From NCBI RefSeq assembly GCF_003918875.1, contig NW_025767301.1:2790001-2854000 (forward strand): a stretch of DNA of 64,000 bases. The letters are read 5' to 3'. Shown one piece after another: positions 24,461 through 36,904 of the stretch. The notes under the pieces are model-generated. The model saw only the letters and a program-made list of their open reading frames with translations. It did not search any database and had not been told where the DNA came from. The first letter of the stretch is position 1. The number at the start of each line of letters is the position of its first letter. The stretch is from Haliotis rubra (Eukaryota). The position numbers and the translations under genes were made by a program.

Positions 24461-25106
24461 GAAACTAATTCCTCTATATTATATATACACCATACATGTA
24501 CATACTGATCGATTCTTTTTAGACACAAAATTATCCGTTCACTCCAAAGGTACTAAAATGAACCTTTTCAGTAATAATTTCAACGTTTTGCTTAAATGTA
24601 AACCAAAACTTGTCTTGGCTACATAATATATTATTGTATGTGTGAGGTAAAATCATATATTCATACAGACATTTGAGAGTGTGTATCATCTGAAGTAAAA
24701 TAGCATCAATATTTACTGCCAACGTTATGTGTTGTGTATTGTAAGGCAACATTGTATTTTCATAGCCTAAGATATAATCTGCCCTTGGAATTTGTGGCTA
24801 GGGACCGCCTCCTTTAACCCTTGCTAGTTGTAACAGGTGACCAGATGAATTGTGTTTTCAGGCTCCGTAACTTGGTTGAGTGCGAGTCATTGTGCATCGA
24901 CAGCATCAACCGTTGTTCACAATGTCAATCACTCGGTCCAGACTAGATTAGATTATTTATATGCCACAGGAATCAAACGTTCACTTTAAGGTTTACTTTA
25001 AGCAGGATCAACTGAACTTAGGCACAAATCCCAGATTTGTCCCCAATTTTATAATCCATCTATTAGCAATCTTGATGGTCTGTTGTGAATTTATCAGAAT
25101 GACGTT

Positions 25107-25285
25107 GTGAGTGAGTGAGTGAGTGAGTGAGGTTAGCTTTACGCCGCTTTTAGCAATTTTCCAGCTATATCACGGCGGGGGGACACCAGAGATGGGCTTC
25201 ACATATTGTACCCATGTGGGGAATCGAACCCGGGTCTTCGGCGTGACGAACGAACGCTTTAACGACTACGCTACCCCACCGCCCC
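25107..25285 (-). mobile_element. SINE family A, full length
   Basis: TSD CAGAATGACGTT (25095 / 25286). Confidence 0.92.
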
Positions 25286-25549
25286 CAGAATGACGTTATG
25301 CGACATACAGTTGATTCACCTTTAATACACGGGCAGAAGATGTTATGCCTGTAAGCTGCAGAAGTGACACATGTTCAGTGAGAACCTCCAATAATACTGC
25401 CGCTGAGATGCTGAGTAATTGAACGCATATGGCAGATCATCGAAAGCTTGCCTTGTTCCACTGGTTTCACTGATATTAATCAAACAGCTGTCTTCCACCT
25501 GACAAACTGTTACACCTACTCTAAGCAATAAGATGAATGTGCCTTTTCA

Positions 25550-26450
25550 AATTAGCCGATTCCAAACATTAGAAGTATTCCTATTAACTCTAACCCCACG
25601 TTACATCACTTAAATCTTGTTCGCTGTAGAGATCACAATGTCCCTCTGAAGTGAGATTCGGGAAAGTTTTTTTGCTATCTGTATCGACATTCCACATTAG
25701 AGCAAGAAGCAGGAAAAATCAATGAGGAATCGCGTCTGAGGAAGCTGGAGTTGACTCGAGGCTACTGCCACTTCGGCGCTCTCCAAGAAGGAAATTAAGG
25801 TAATCCTAGGAAGGAACTGACTGTTGTTCCTAATTTCAAGAGTATTATTTAACATTTACTCTTGTTTTAGATGAGTCAGTTGGCGACATTTGCTCGTCTA
25901 TTAGAGCTTTTCGCCCTCTGGCCGGTCAATAGGAAAAGATAAGGACCGAGAGAGAATCCTTGCCGACCCCCAATCACTTCTAAAAGCATCTCTCGAAATG
26001 AAAGGCGATCCTCTACAAGGAAATGGACGCTTTCCCCGGTTAACAAACCCCTCACAACATATTTCCGAAAGTAATGGATGTTAAACTTGCTATTGTTTCT
26101 TTATAACTTAAGCCTTCTTGAAACTAACTTTATGTAAAGAGTTATTTTTTACAGCGAGTCGTTTACCCTCCTCGCGATTTCCGCTACGGCAGCCATTCCC
26201 CACTTTAGCCATTCTCTATGGTCTGAATTGCGATGTTAATTGTCAAAGGACACCGAATTGAGGAAACAAACAAGAGCCTCAGCTCCTTAGAGTTCAGTAC
26301 ACGTTATGTTTTACTCCAGGAGAGGAAACACTATACCGTGACCAGCTTTTCAAAAAAGGCATTACTACTGAAATATGCTCTTTAAAGATTTTTCTGGCGT
26401 TATTGAAAGTGGAATTTCATACCCACGAAAGAGCATGGAAATGGAGGCTA
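25550..26450 (+). mobile_element. Decayed Naiad-type RT copy
   Basis: FFAICIDIPH, RLLELF, SEL..KDTE, NKSLSSLEF ~ xKSASFLDL. Confidence 0.55.
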
Positions 26451-26469
26451 TCAGCCATGCCATTATGCA

Positions 26470-27220
26470 TTGTGACATGCAAAGCGTTTTCAAACTTCTG
26501 GACAAACAATCTGAAGTTGGCTGGAATTAATGCGTCTTGAAAATAATAAAGGCATTATTCATTATTGGGATTGCTAATGATTACAAAACACACACTCATA
26601 CTCCTGCAAACTGTTGTTAAAGCAACAATTGTATTTCAAATATAATTATTCATGACAAACAGATCTGTACATGTTCACAAACATAAGAATCACGCTAATT
26701 GGTTACTTTCAAGCTTTATAAAATTATTTGAAATCTGACATTATAGTTACACGTGATATTTAATAATGCGTCAATATATATAAAGGATCGTAGCATACTG
26801 CTGAAAGAGAAAAATCTAACGCGTGCACATCTATGTTCAATCAGTTATTAATATTTCAAATTAACATTTAAACGTTAGTGACTTGTTAGTATATTTAGTC
26901 ACACTCTGATAAAGGGGAGATAACTGAGAAAGATAATGCATAAATAATCAATGTCAACTACCTATCAACTACCGATATTGTCAATAGAGCCTTTATCATA
27001 GTTTAATCACCTTTATATATTATATATAAATACATTTGAAAGTATTTGTTTCATGAACTGCCATTGGCTGCCAACTAATCTGAAAACATGGGAAAGAATG
27101 TGAGGCATTCCGTTAGTACGATATATATTGATTGACAATTACATTTTAGTCCTACCATAGTATAGGTTTCATAAACTAAATTTGGTATTAAAGTGAATCG
27201 CATAGTTAGCGTTTTGATAT
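26470..27220 (-). mobile_element. Decayed Naiad-type RT copy
   Basis: SIDNI, LSPL, and SFIYIDALL at 26761-26787 ~ TFRYIDDLL. Confidence 0.65.
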
Positions 27221-27429
27221 GGTAAAACAAAGAAAGAGAGAGAATGTTCATATACTGTTATCAGCAGGATTTCTCTTACACCGTGGTGGAAAGGGGCACA
27301 CTTATACATTTGGGACAGATACCTATGTGATATGCACTATTGCGAATATTGCGAATATTGCGAATATTAGAAGCTGCAGTTGCATTGACATCCTTGTCTC
27401 TTGTTCTACATGTCACGTTTTTGTTCTTC

Positions 27430-28110
27430 CTACATAAAATTATTTAAAATAACAGACTCGTTAAACTTAAATGTTACTATTATATCTGAACAAACTTACA
27501 AACCATGACTTTTTAGATAACCCCACAGATCTGCACAATTGATGCAGTTATTATCAACAGAAGGAATGAAATAATTGTTCTTGGACTCTGTTTTCTGTTA
27601 GTGCATGTGCTGAATCCACGTGGCAGTTGGTGAATGCACACAGGGCGTGAACTTAACCGTAGACGCATATTTCAAGGGATTGTATTCTTCCATTGAATAC
27701 AGAAATGATATTTTCTGCATTGATTTCATCAGTGATATCATTATTAGAATCATTGATCCCATACCTATCGAGGTATCAATGGTCCTAGTTAAATGATGAA
27801 TGGTCAAAGTAAACTACTGTATCTGTATCTATTGTCATTTCTCTAAAAATTGCAAACTTAAACAAAAATCGGATTTAACAACATTAACGAAATAATATTA
27901 TGACCGCACAGTTCGCTTGAATATTTTAGTGTGAATGTTGTCGGTCAATAACAGATCTTAAATCCTATTTAAACACAGCATTTGTGCAATCAATAAACGT
28001 AAGACTCTGTCGTATTGAGTTGAAATGTATAGGTGAAAATTAGTGGATATCAATGCAGTTTAGGATATGAACCCACATTCTGAGAATGAAGAAGAATGTG
28101 ACGTCTAATC
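27430..28110 (-). mobile_element. Decayed Naiad-type RT core
   Basis: NFHLYIS..YDRVL; ORF 27598..27807 IGMGS...FLYSME. Confidence 0.6.
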
Positions 28111-28139
28111 CAATTCTCTAGCTCAAAGTGGTAGGATGC

Positions 28140-28420
28140 TCCATTGTACTACAACCGAGTCAGGTCATTCATTTGCTTTTGTAATCGGGTGTTTATGTTG
28201 AAACTGATGTCATTACAAAACGTATCTTATTCGCTAGGAGGCCAACCCCTACAAACAATTAGTACACGCTCTGGCTCCGGTGAGTCGCGTTCGGATAGGA
28301 TTTCGTCTTCTTTCATTGTATACAAACGAAGGTGCTGTCGCCCTGGCCGTATTACCAGTAAGAGTATCTATTTGCCGATATTTTTCGTAATGAAAAGAAA
28401 GTTGCATTGTATTTGTCTAG
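28140..28420 (+). mobile_element. Decayed Naiad-type RT fragment
   Basis: ORF 28144 MLKLMSLQNVSYSLGGQPLQTI ~ MLEFLIDNIFVxFGGQVFQQTV. Confidence 0.55.
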
Positions 28421-29199
28421 GCCAGCGACTCCCGGCGCTACTGATAGAGGAGTTACACAGGGTGATGTTCTGCGACCATGCCTATTACAAATACAGCCTC
28501 ATGTCCACCCTTGGCAGGCTACTGTGTCCACTGGTGAAGATGCTATATGGCACGACATGGACATACACTGTAAAGTTCATTGGGGTATGTTTTACACACG
28601 GACGCACAATGTAACCTCGTTGACTCTGGGACTATCAAACTTATTTCGTGTTGTCCGTAGTTGTATTACAAAATAGAACCCACTGTATGCCTGCAAGCAC
28701 CAGGAGGTTAAGTTTAAAATTACGATGCTGAAACATCGTACTTAAAAGCAAAACTTCTTGATATCTTTCCAGGATCTGTTTTTATAAACTATGTCATAAA
28801 TATTCGCATTCATATACGGTTTGTCCTACTTTGAATAATTAACAAGAAGTAATTGTACTGGTTTGAATAACAAAGTGGAAAGATGTTTTTAAATATCAGT
28901 TGTTAAAAGTACGTCAAAACATGATTGACAAAATCAGTTTCAAGTATTCTGCAAAATATGATCCCTCTCATAAAAAAACCAAAAGTGGAAAAATATTCTG
29001 CTTCTTTTTGCTGTGCAACAGAAGGTTAATCTGCATAAGTTACCTTCTCTGTGTAAATATTTACACTCATCTGGCTGTCTAAAGGGAATGAACTCGGTCC
29101 CTGCGTCAAGTGACAGCTTGGAGATAAATATACCATGTTCGTGATATAAGTTTGCATCACCTGTAAGTATATAAGCTAATTATTGTAACACTCTCCTGA

Positions 29200-30150
29200 C
29201 AACTACTGTTTTGTTTGAAACCGCAGTCAAACGTTTGCTCGCTTAGTCTTTGAGTAGTGTTTAATTAGGCGTTAACAAGGAAGCTATGTCCCCAGTAGAA
29301 CCAACCTATGAAACCAGACACGTAACAAGAAGATTTGGGGGGTTCTTTGGCGTGTAAGTCTGCATTTTTACACGGCTCGGGTTGTCATATTCCTTACAGG
29401 AGACGACAGAAGCTGGAGCGTGTGTCAAAAAATAGCTTGTGTTTGTTTTACCCCTCAATCCCCAACACGTGTCCGGACACATGAAAGGATGGCAAAGTCC
29501 TGCCCAGTTGTTTTAGTGACATGTGGTTTGCTGTTAGAAAAACAATCACGGGGCCAGATCAAAGACTACATCGGAAGGTAAAAGGTGTAATCTTTAATAT
29601 ACTGACAAAGATATGACAGAGTCTCATCTCCAAAATATGTCTTTGTAACGTGGAATCTGATCCGGCCCTTCCACCGTCTGTTAGCCCGACATTGCAAGGA
29701 TTGTCTCGCCACCATCGATTGGTTATCCTTTAATTCTGCTACAGCGATCGGCAGCGCTTCTATTGCCTCCTCAGTAAACACAGTTTGCCTCTCTACAAAT
29801 GAAGGGAAATTGGTTGAATCAAGCGACGGGTCTTACGATGTTTTCCTATAATTTTCACATTTGTGGTCGTTATCGTCAGCATGAAAGGAGTCTCAAAGCT
29901 AAAGTCCTCAGCTCTATCAAGGAATTCACAACGACCCTTTGTCTTTGATGTGAACAAATTTAATGATTATTTCCGAGATAATCCTTTCCGTGATCGCTAA
30001 ACGACCTAAAGAGGATTTCCAAATTACTGTGTTGTCTGTTAGTGATCATGACGCCCCTTGGATGGTTGAAACCCGTTCCTTGTTTAAGACCCTAATGATA
30101 ATATTTCAGCATTGTCTCTCGTGAACTGCACGACTTCAATGGCAAATGGA
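29200..30150 (-). mobile_element. Decayed Naiad-type RT copy
   Basis: ORF 29566..29781 FTEEAIEAL..LKDN..YFGDE..CQYI..LPM. Confidence 0.55.
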
Positions 30151-31389
30151 AACCATATGTACTGCGAGTGAGTTAATAATTAACGTTGCATTGAAAAAAT
30201 AAATTTCAGCAGGAAATAGTGCAAATACACTTATAGGGAGGGGAAAACTTGTTTTGAAATGCAAGAATTACAGGTGGTTCTTATTTTGTGACAAGGATGT
30301 TATTTCATCTGAGTACCGGAGACCATCAAACCGACAGTAATTTATGGTATCGTCAAGACTATTGTAGATTTAAAAATAATCTGAAAGTCAAATCATCAAA
30401 GGAATTTTATAAGCAGTTAATTGTACCATTCCAACTGTGTCATGCGCTTGACCACTTGAATCACGGTCACTGATATGGATGACACCAGGCGTTCGCGAAA
30501 AAGGGAGTGTATCCTTCCCCACTGGTGGCACCCGTCACCGTTTATTGTTTATGTATAGTCCCATTACACCCCGATGTACTACTCAAAGTTTGGGGTATTG
30601 GGAGTCTCGGGTAGGGAGTGAGTGTGACTGCGTGAGGATGTCTTACAATGTCTTGCAAATTGTGTTTGATGTTGTCATTGAAGCATTTTCAAAGTCGTTT
30701 CAAGTTAAGATATACAAATATACATTTCAATGAGTAGTTTTATCCGAATTTTGACAGTCAAACGACCTAGAACCAGAATGATACGAAATTCAATATATAA
30801 GTATAGATAAAAACTGACCACCAGACGCAGTCTCGACTGTCTGCCGAATCAGATTATGTTGGGTGTATAAGGCAAACTACTGGTAATAATTACATGAATG
30901 AAATTTTGCATATGACACTTAACAACCATTAAGTAACGACCAGGAATGATATCATTGCCTCATGTTCCCTGTATCTCAAGAAAGAAACATTGTGTAGTGG
31001 CAGTTAATACTTAACTTGGTTTCAATGAAGAGTTTTTGTTTTTGGGACTGGCTGTATTTGTTCAGTACTGGTCACTTTTTGGAAAGTCAGTCCTTGGACA
31101 GGCCACATTTCAAAACTATTTTATACACTGTTAATATTACGCAGTGCCCAACGCTGTCGTGACAAGATGACGCATTCAATCAAGTCACTGACAGTGACCA
31201 CCCGAGCAATATCGTTTCATGGGGTAAAAATTAATTGTTATCCGGTATCTCCACAAATGAATTATATAAGAAATAGTCAATAGACATTTTATTTCCATTT
31301 TTACAATTTATTAAAAGTTATTCATTTATGTAACCAATAAGGTTAATAATTTTTTCAATCCTCAGCCTTTATGTGCACTGTATCATCAT

Positions 31390-32140
31390 AGGGAAAAACT
31401 CACTATTTCCACATCCTTGTGATGAGTTTAAAGCCGTTTCGCACAATAGTTCTCAAGTACTGACAAACCAAAAATTATAATCACGGAAAATCTGGTATTC
31501 AAACCAGGATAATGACACAGCTAAGGCTCTGCACAATGAACTGCAACACCTCCACCACTGGACAACGGTGCCAACACAGTTTGTAACACAATCTTTCATT
31601 CTTATTATTGTGTAAAGCAAACAGGTAATAGAAACTCCGGTTTTAAGACATAATACCTAATGTTTGATAGTAACTAAATGCCAGATCGCTTGTGATGTAT
31701 ATGATACGGATATACCAGCTGGGTTTTTACCTCACGTTTGGCAGTGCTTCTGGGACTATTGTTCACCAAGTAACGCTTGAAGTTTACACTTTTTTCATTC
31801 AGTTATATATTGGTTAGCATTTGCATATTCTTTCTGAGAAATATTCCTGTAGATAAATGCAGTGGCTGCTTACATATTTTTCAATTTTATCCATCCTTTA
31901 TGAATATTTAAGCTATATATAATAACCTCCCCGAAGCACATTATTAAAGAAACACCCACAATTTCCCTATGGTAATAAGTTCATACTTCCATCTGCGCCT
32001 AAATCAACGACCGACCTTTAAGAGCATTATATAAACGCTCTCTGTGGGTCATGATAACGAGCAGGCTAATGGTGTGCCGGGCACTCCGTGCACTTTCCTA
32101 TCTTGTTGTGGGGTTATGTATGTGCACAATCATTCTTGAA
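31390..32140 (+). mobile_element. Decayed Naiad-type RT copy
   Basis: KSGIQTRIM, TFGS, IKETP, ALYKR. Confidence 0.45.
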
Positions 32141-32989
32141 CCTAGATTCACCTGAAACAGCCTCGTGTTTGTGGTATTGTGTATCTACCATACATACATA
32201 TGTTATCTTGTAGCCATCAACACCATCCGGCACCTTCTGATTAGCCGGAAGACCATACTCCAGTACCCTGTCATTACAAGGGCGATACCTCCGTTGAAAT
32301 ACCCAGTTATACCTAACACAGTCTCTTTGATGTCGGGGCCCAAAGAGCCCTGCATATTAAACAGTAGAATCCAGTGCTAGAAAGGTGTCCGATGACCTCA
32401 TACCTACCTTAATTATAATGTTGTTTCTGGATTTATACCACAGACACATATATTACTTCGAACGAAGGCTGTAATTATTAAGTTTTCGTGCAGCAAGAAA
32501 CAGGGCGAAAAGCATATTGTATACATTCTGTATTTTCCACACACGAGTGTATATTTTGTTCTTTAATGAACAAAACATGCATTCTTATTTTTTTTATCAC
32601 ATGCCATCTGTGAGAGAGATTAAGGGACTACAGGCTCATTATACAATGCACATTGCAGCATTTAATGCTTAAGAGCTTGACCTCTATAAGTTTACCTTAA
32701 GTTGTCACAGCAACTACTAATTACAATTCATGGCCTTTACGTTGCCATTAGTAAGGTAGTAACGCCACTTCAAACAAACGTTTAACATATATCAGCTTTA
32801 ATTGTAAGGAAAGCTGAAAGTATGGCCTACTGTGTTGAAATTCACATAAAAAGTGATGCAGGAAAAACGTAAAAACATTTAATGACCAATCTTGGATTCG
32901 AACCACGGTCTTAGGTTACTGGCAAACCTATGTGACACAGCTCACAGCGAATTGCATCGTCTTGGGCATCATGGCTACTCGTGCACCCA

Positions 32990-33545
32990 CGTTCTCATAG
33001 CCTGATCTTACATCGTCATTTAAAATTATTATTGGCCAATTCGATAAAGACGTTTCTGTTTGGAGCTACGGGTCATTCTTTTAAACACATGTTGACTAAT
33101 ATATATTTCTCCATTTATTAAGTTAATTTTAAACGCGTGTGAGGTTATATTTCGTCGAACCGCGTATTGTGACAGGTTCTCTGGTACATATGTAAGCTGA
33201 CTTATACCTTTGAAACATCTGGAATTTGCAGATCATTGCGAAATGTAATCTTCCTTAAAATCATTTCATTTAATCACGAAAGATATAATCTCCCATGACT
33301 GTAAACCACCGACCCTGAAATATTGTGTGACAAACAATGGATGGAATACCTCATTAAAAACCGCAACGCAAGTTAATCGCCTTGATTTATCCGTGAATCA
33401 TATACGTTTCCAAGTTTATTTATCTACAAGGCTCGTCTCGATTACCCTTAAAATATTTTATCGGACCAAGTAATCTCCATAAAGGTTAACATGTGTTTGA
33501 CCTGTAGATAGACAGCACATAGCGACCTTGTCAGTAGATATTGAC
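32990..33545 (+). mobile_element. Decayed, internally deleted Naiad-type RT reaching the C-terminus
   Basis: NSIKTFLF (33038), LDLSV, HSDLVSRY (33518-33541). Confidence 0.7.
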
Positions 33546-33909
33546 CTTAAGCTAAAGCGGAGATGATTGTTAATTTCTTCATGGGAGGTAAGATAAGATA
33601 GCACAGATAACGTGACGGATTGCAATATAGGTATAGATAATCCGGTGTAAGACTGGGAGTCAATAAGAGGAATTTCCCGTCTAGCCGAATACTGTTGGTA
33701 CGTAGGGTTTCCGGCTTACGTACAAGCCCCGGGTCGGGGAGGTTATAAAACAATCCATTCCGTTTCCATTTTCATTCATTCCTCTGCGCCAGCAACCCAT
33801 TCTCACCCCCCTTTTCAACTACTTTACAGGAAACGCTCCCCTTTTCTCCAACACCCGGTGTCATCACTATTTTGATAGTGATTCATAAACACATGCTTAT
33901 GATATAGTA

Positions 33910-34360
33910 CAATTCGTACCTTTGAAACTGCATTTAGCAGATATTTCTTTAGAAAACCGTGGAAAGGGTTTGTCGCTTGTATTTTACATCTTTTGTGCAA
34001 TTGGCTTTAGTATTCTGTGGTTGATTAACTTTATCAGAAAAGGATTAAAGGAATTGAATGAAATATATGTAAATCCAAAGAAAATAATTTCGCAATCAGT
34101 TTAAGTCAATACTGGGGGAACATACAAAAACAGAATGATTGTTACTACCAGATTCGACAACTTTTGCTTCCAGGCATCGTATTGTCAAAGATAGTGTCTG
34201 GTTGACCTCAGAATATAGATAACTATGTTTTTACGGACTCTATGTTAACCTGGGCACTGACAGGTGTGCAACTTTATCTTCGGATACAGTTAACTATTCG
34301 GGACTGATCGACTTATATTTAGTTTCTGTGTAGGAAAAGCGGGGACATAATGGCCTGAAG
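33910..34360 (+). mobile_element. Decayed Naiad-type RT fragment
   Basis: ORF 33922 GFSILWLIN..LKELN, then FDNF. Confidence 0.4.
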
Positions 34361-34364
34361 CACA

Positions 34365-36865
34365 GTGGTTGTTGTGGTGGGATGGTATCGGGGATCGTGA
34401 TGCTGTGCTGTAATAGTTATAGTGTGTGTTAAGTGGTTGTTGTGGTTGTTGTGGTTGGATGGTATCGGGGTTCCTGATGCTGTGCTGTGCTGGGTTTAGT
34501 GTGTGTAAAGTGGTTGTTGTGGTGGGATGGTATCGGGGTTCCTGATGCTGTGCTGTGCTGGGTTTAGTGTGTGTTAAGCGGTTGTTGTGGTGGCATTGTA
34601 TCGGGGTTATTGATGCTGTGCTGTGATGGGTTTAGTGTGTGTTGGGTGGTTGTTGTGGTGGGATGGTATCGGGGTTTGTGATGCTGTGATGTGCTGGGTT
34701 TAGTGTGTGTTAAGTGGTTGTTGTGGTGGGATGGTATCGGGGTTATTGATGCTGTGATGTGCTGGGTTTAGTGTGTGTTGGGTGGTTGTTGTGGTGGGAT
34801 GGTATCGGGGGGGTTTGTGATGCTGTGCTGTGCTGGGTTTAGTGTGTGTTTGGTTGTTGTTGTGGTGGGATGGTATCGGGGTTCGTGATGCTGTGCTGTG
34901 ATGGGTTTAGTGTGTGTTAAGTGGTTGTTGTGGTGGGATGGTATCGGGGTTCGTGATGCTGTGCTGTGCTGGGTTTAGTGTGTGTTAAGTGGTTGTTGTG
35001 GTGGGATGGTATGGTTGTTGGGGTGGGATGATGGATGCTGTGCTGGAGTTTAGTGGGTTAAGTGGTTGTTGATGCTGGGATGGCAGGGTAAATGTGCTGG
35101 GTTTAGTGTGTGTGTTAAGTGGTTGTTGTGGTGGGATGGTATCGGGGTTCGTGATGCTGTGCTGTGGGTTTAGTGTGTGTTGGGAAGTGGTTGTTGTGGT
35201 GGGATGGTGGGATGGTATCGGGGGGGTGCTGAGTTTAATGATGCTGTGCTGCTGTGCTGGGTTTAGTGTGTGTTAAGTGGTTGTTGTGGTGGGATGGTAT
35301 CGGGGTTCGTGATGCTGTGCTGTGCTGGGTTTAGTGTGTGTTAAGTGGTTGTTGTGGTGGGATGGTATCGGGGTAAATGATGCTGTGTATGTGCTGGGTT
35401 GAGTGTGTGTGTTAAGTGGTTGTTGTGGTGTTGATGGGGTATCAGGGTTCGTGATGATGCTGTGCTGGGTTTAGTGTGTGTTAAGTGGTTGTTGTGGTGG
35501 GATGGTATCGGGGTAAATGATGCTGTGCTGTGCTGGGTTTAGTGTGTGTTAAGTGGTTGTTGTGGTGGGATGGTATCGGGGTAAATGATGCTGTGCTGTG
35601 CTGGGTTTAGTGTGTGTTAAGTGGTTGTTGTGGTGGGATGGTATCGGGGTTCGTGATGCTGTGCTGTGCTGGGTTTAGTGTGTGTTAAGTGGTTGTTGTG
35701 GTGGGATGGTATCGGGGTAAATGATGCTGTGCTGTGCTGGGTTTAGTGTGTGTTAAGTGGTTGTTGTGGTGGGGGATGGTATCAGGGGTTCGTGATGCTG
35801 TGCTGTGCTGGGTTTAGTGTGTGTTAAGTGGTTGTTGTGGTGGGATGGTATCGGGGTTCGTGATGCTGTGCTGTGCTGGGTTTAGTGTGTGTTAAGTGGT
35901 TGTTGTGGTGGGATGGTATCGGGGTTCGTGATGCTGTGCTGTGCTGGGTTTAGTGTGTGTTGAGGTGGTTGTTGTGGTGGGATGGTATCGGGGTTCGTGA
36001 TGCTGTGCTGTGCTGGGTTTAGTGTGTGTTAAGTGGTTGTTGTGGTGGGATGGTATCGGGGTTCGTGATGCTGTGTTTAGTGTGCTGGGTTTAGTGTGTG
36101 TTAAGTGGCTTTGTTGTGGTGGGATGGTATCAGGGTGGATGGTATGATGCTGTGCTGGGTTTAGTGTGTGTGTTAAGTGGTTGTTGTGGTGGGATGGTAT
36201 CGGGGTTCGTGATGCTGTGCTGTGCTGGAGTTTAGTGTGTGTTAAGTGGTTGTTGTGGTGGGATGGTATCAGGGTTAAATGATGATGTGTTGTTCGTGAT
36301 GCTGGTGTTTAGTGTGTGTTAAGTGGTTGTTGTGGTGGGATGGTATCGGGGTTAATGATGCTGTGCTGTGCTGGAGTTTGTGTGTGTTAATGTGGTGTTA
36401 AGTGATTGTTGGTGGGATGGCATCGGGGGTAAATGATGCTGTGCTGTGCTGGGTTTAGTGTGTGTTAAGTGGTTGTTGTGGTGGGATGGTATCGGGGTTA
36501 ATGGTGCTGTGATGCTGGGTTTGAGTGTGTGTTAAGTGGTTGTTGTGGTGGGATGGTATCAGGGTTAATGAAGTGTGTGTTGGGTTTGGTGGGATGGTGT
36601 CAGGGTAAGGTGGTTGCTGGGTTTAGATGGTTAGTGGTTGTTGTGGTGGGATGGTATCCTGATGCTGTGCTGTGCTGGGTTTAGTGTGTGTTGTGGTGGT
36701 TGTTGTGGTGGGATGGTATCGGGGTTAATGATGCTGTGTTGTGCTGGGTTTAGTGTGTGTTGGGTGGTTGTTGTGGTGGGATGGTATCGGGGTTAATGGT
36801 GCTCTGTTGTGCTGGGTTTGGTGTGTGTTGGGTGGTTGTTGTGGTGGGATGGTATCGGGGTTCTT
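34365..36865. repeat. 68-bp GT-rich satellite, ~37 copies
   Basis: Unit GTGGTTGTTGTGGTGGGATGGTATCGGGGTTCGTGATGCTGTGCTGTGCTGGGTTTAGTGTGTGTTAA; period 68 (34921 to 34989). Confidence 0.97.
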
Positions 36866-36904
36866 GGTACAGAATGCATGTCTTAGGATGCGCTGTTTGA
36901 TATA

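Noticed and set aside
25343-25528. Minus-strand exon VEDSCLINIS..
   Set aside because: The acceptor is plausible, but there is no canonical donor or recognisable homology.
28430-28500. LINE RT motif GVTQGDVLRPCLL
   Set aside because: A single short motif with no flanking LINE RT motifs such as YADD in frame. Too weak to call.
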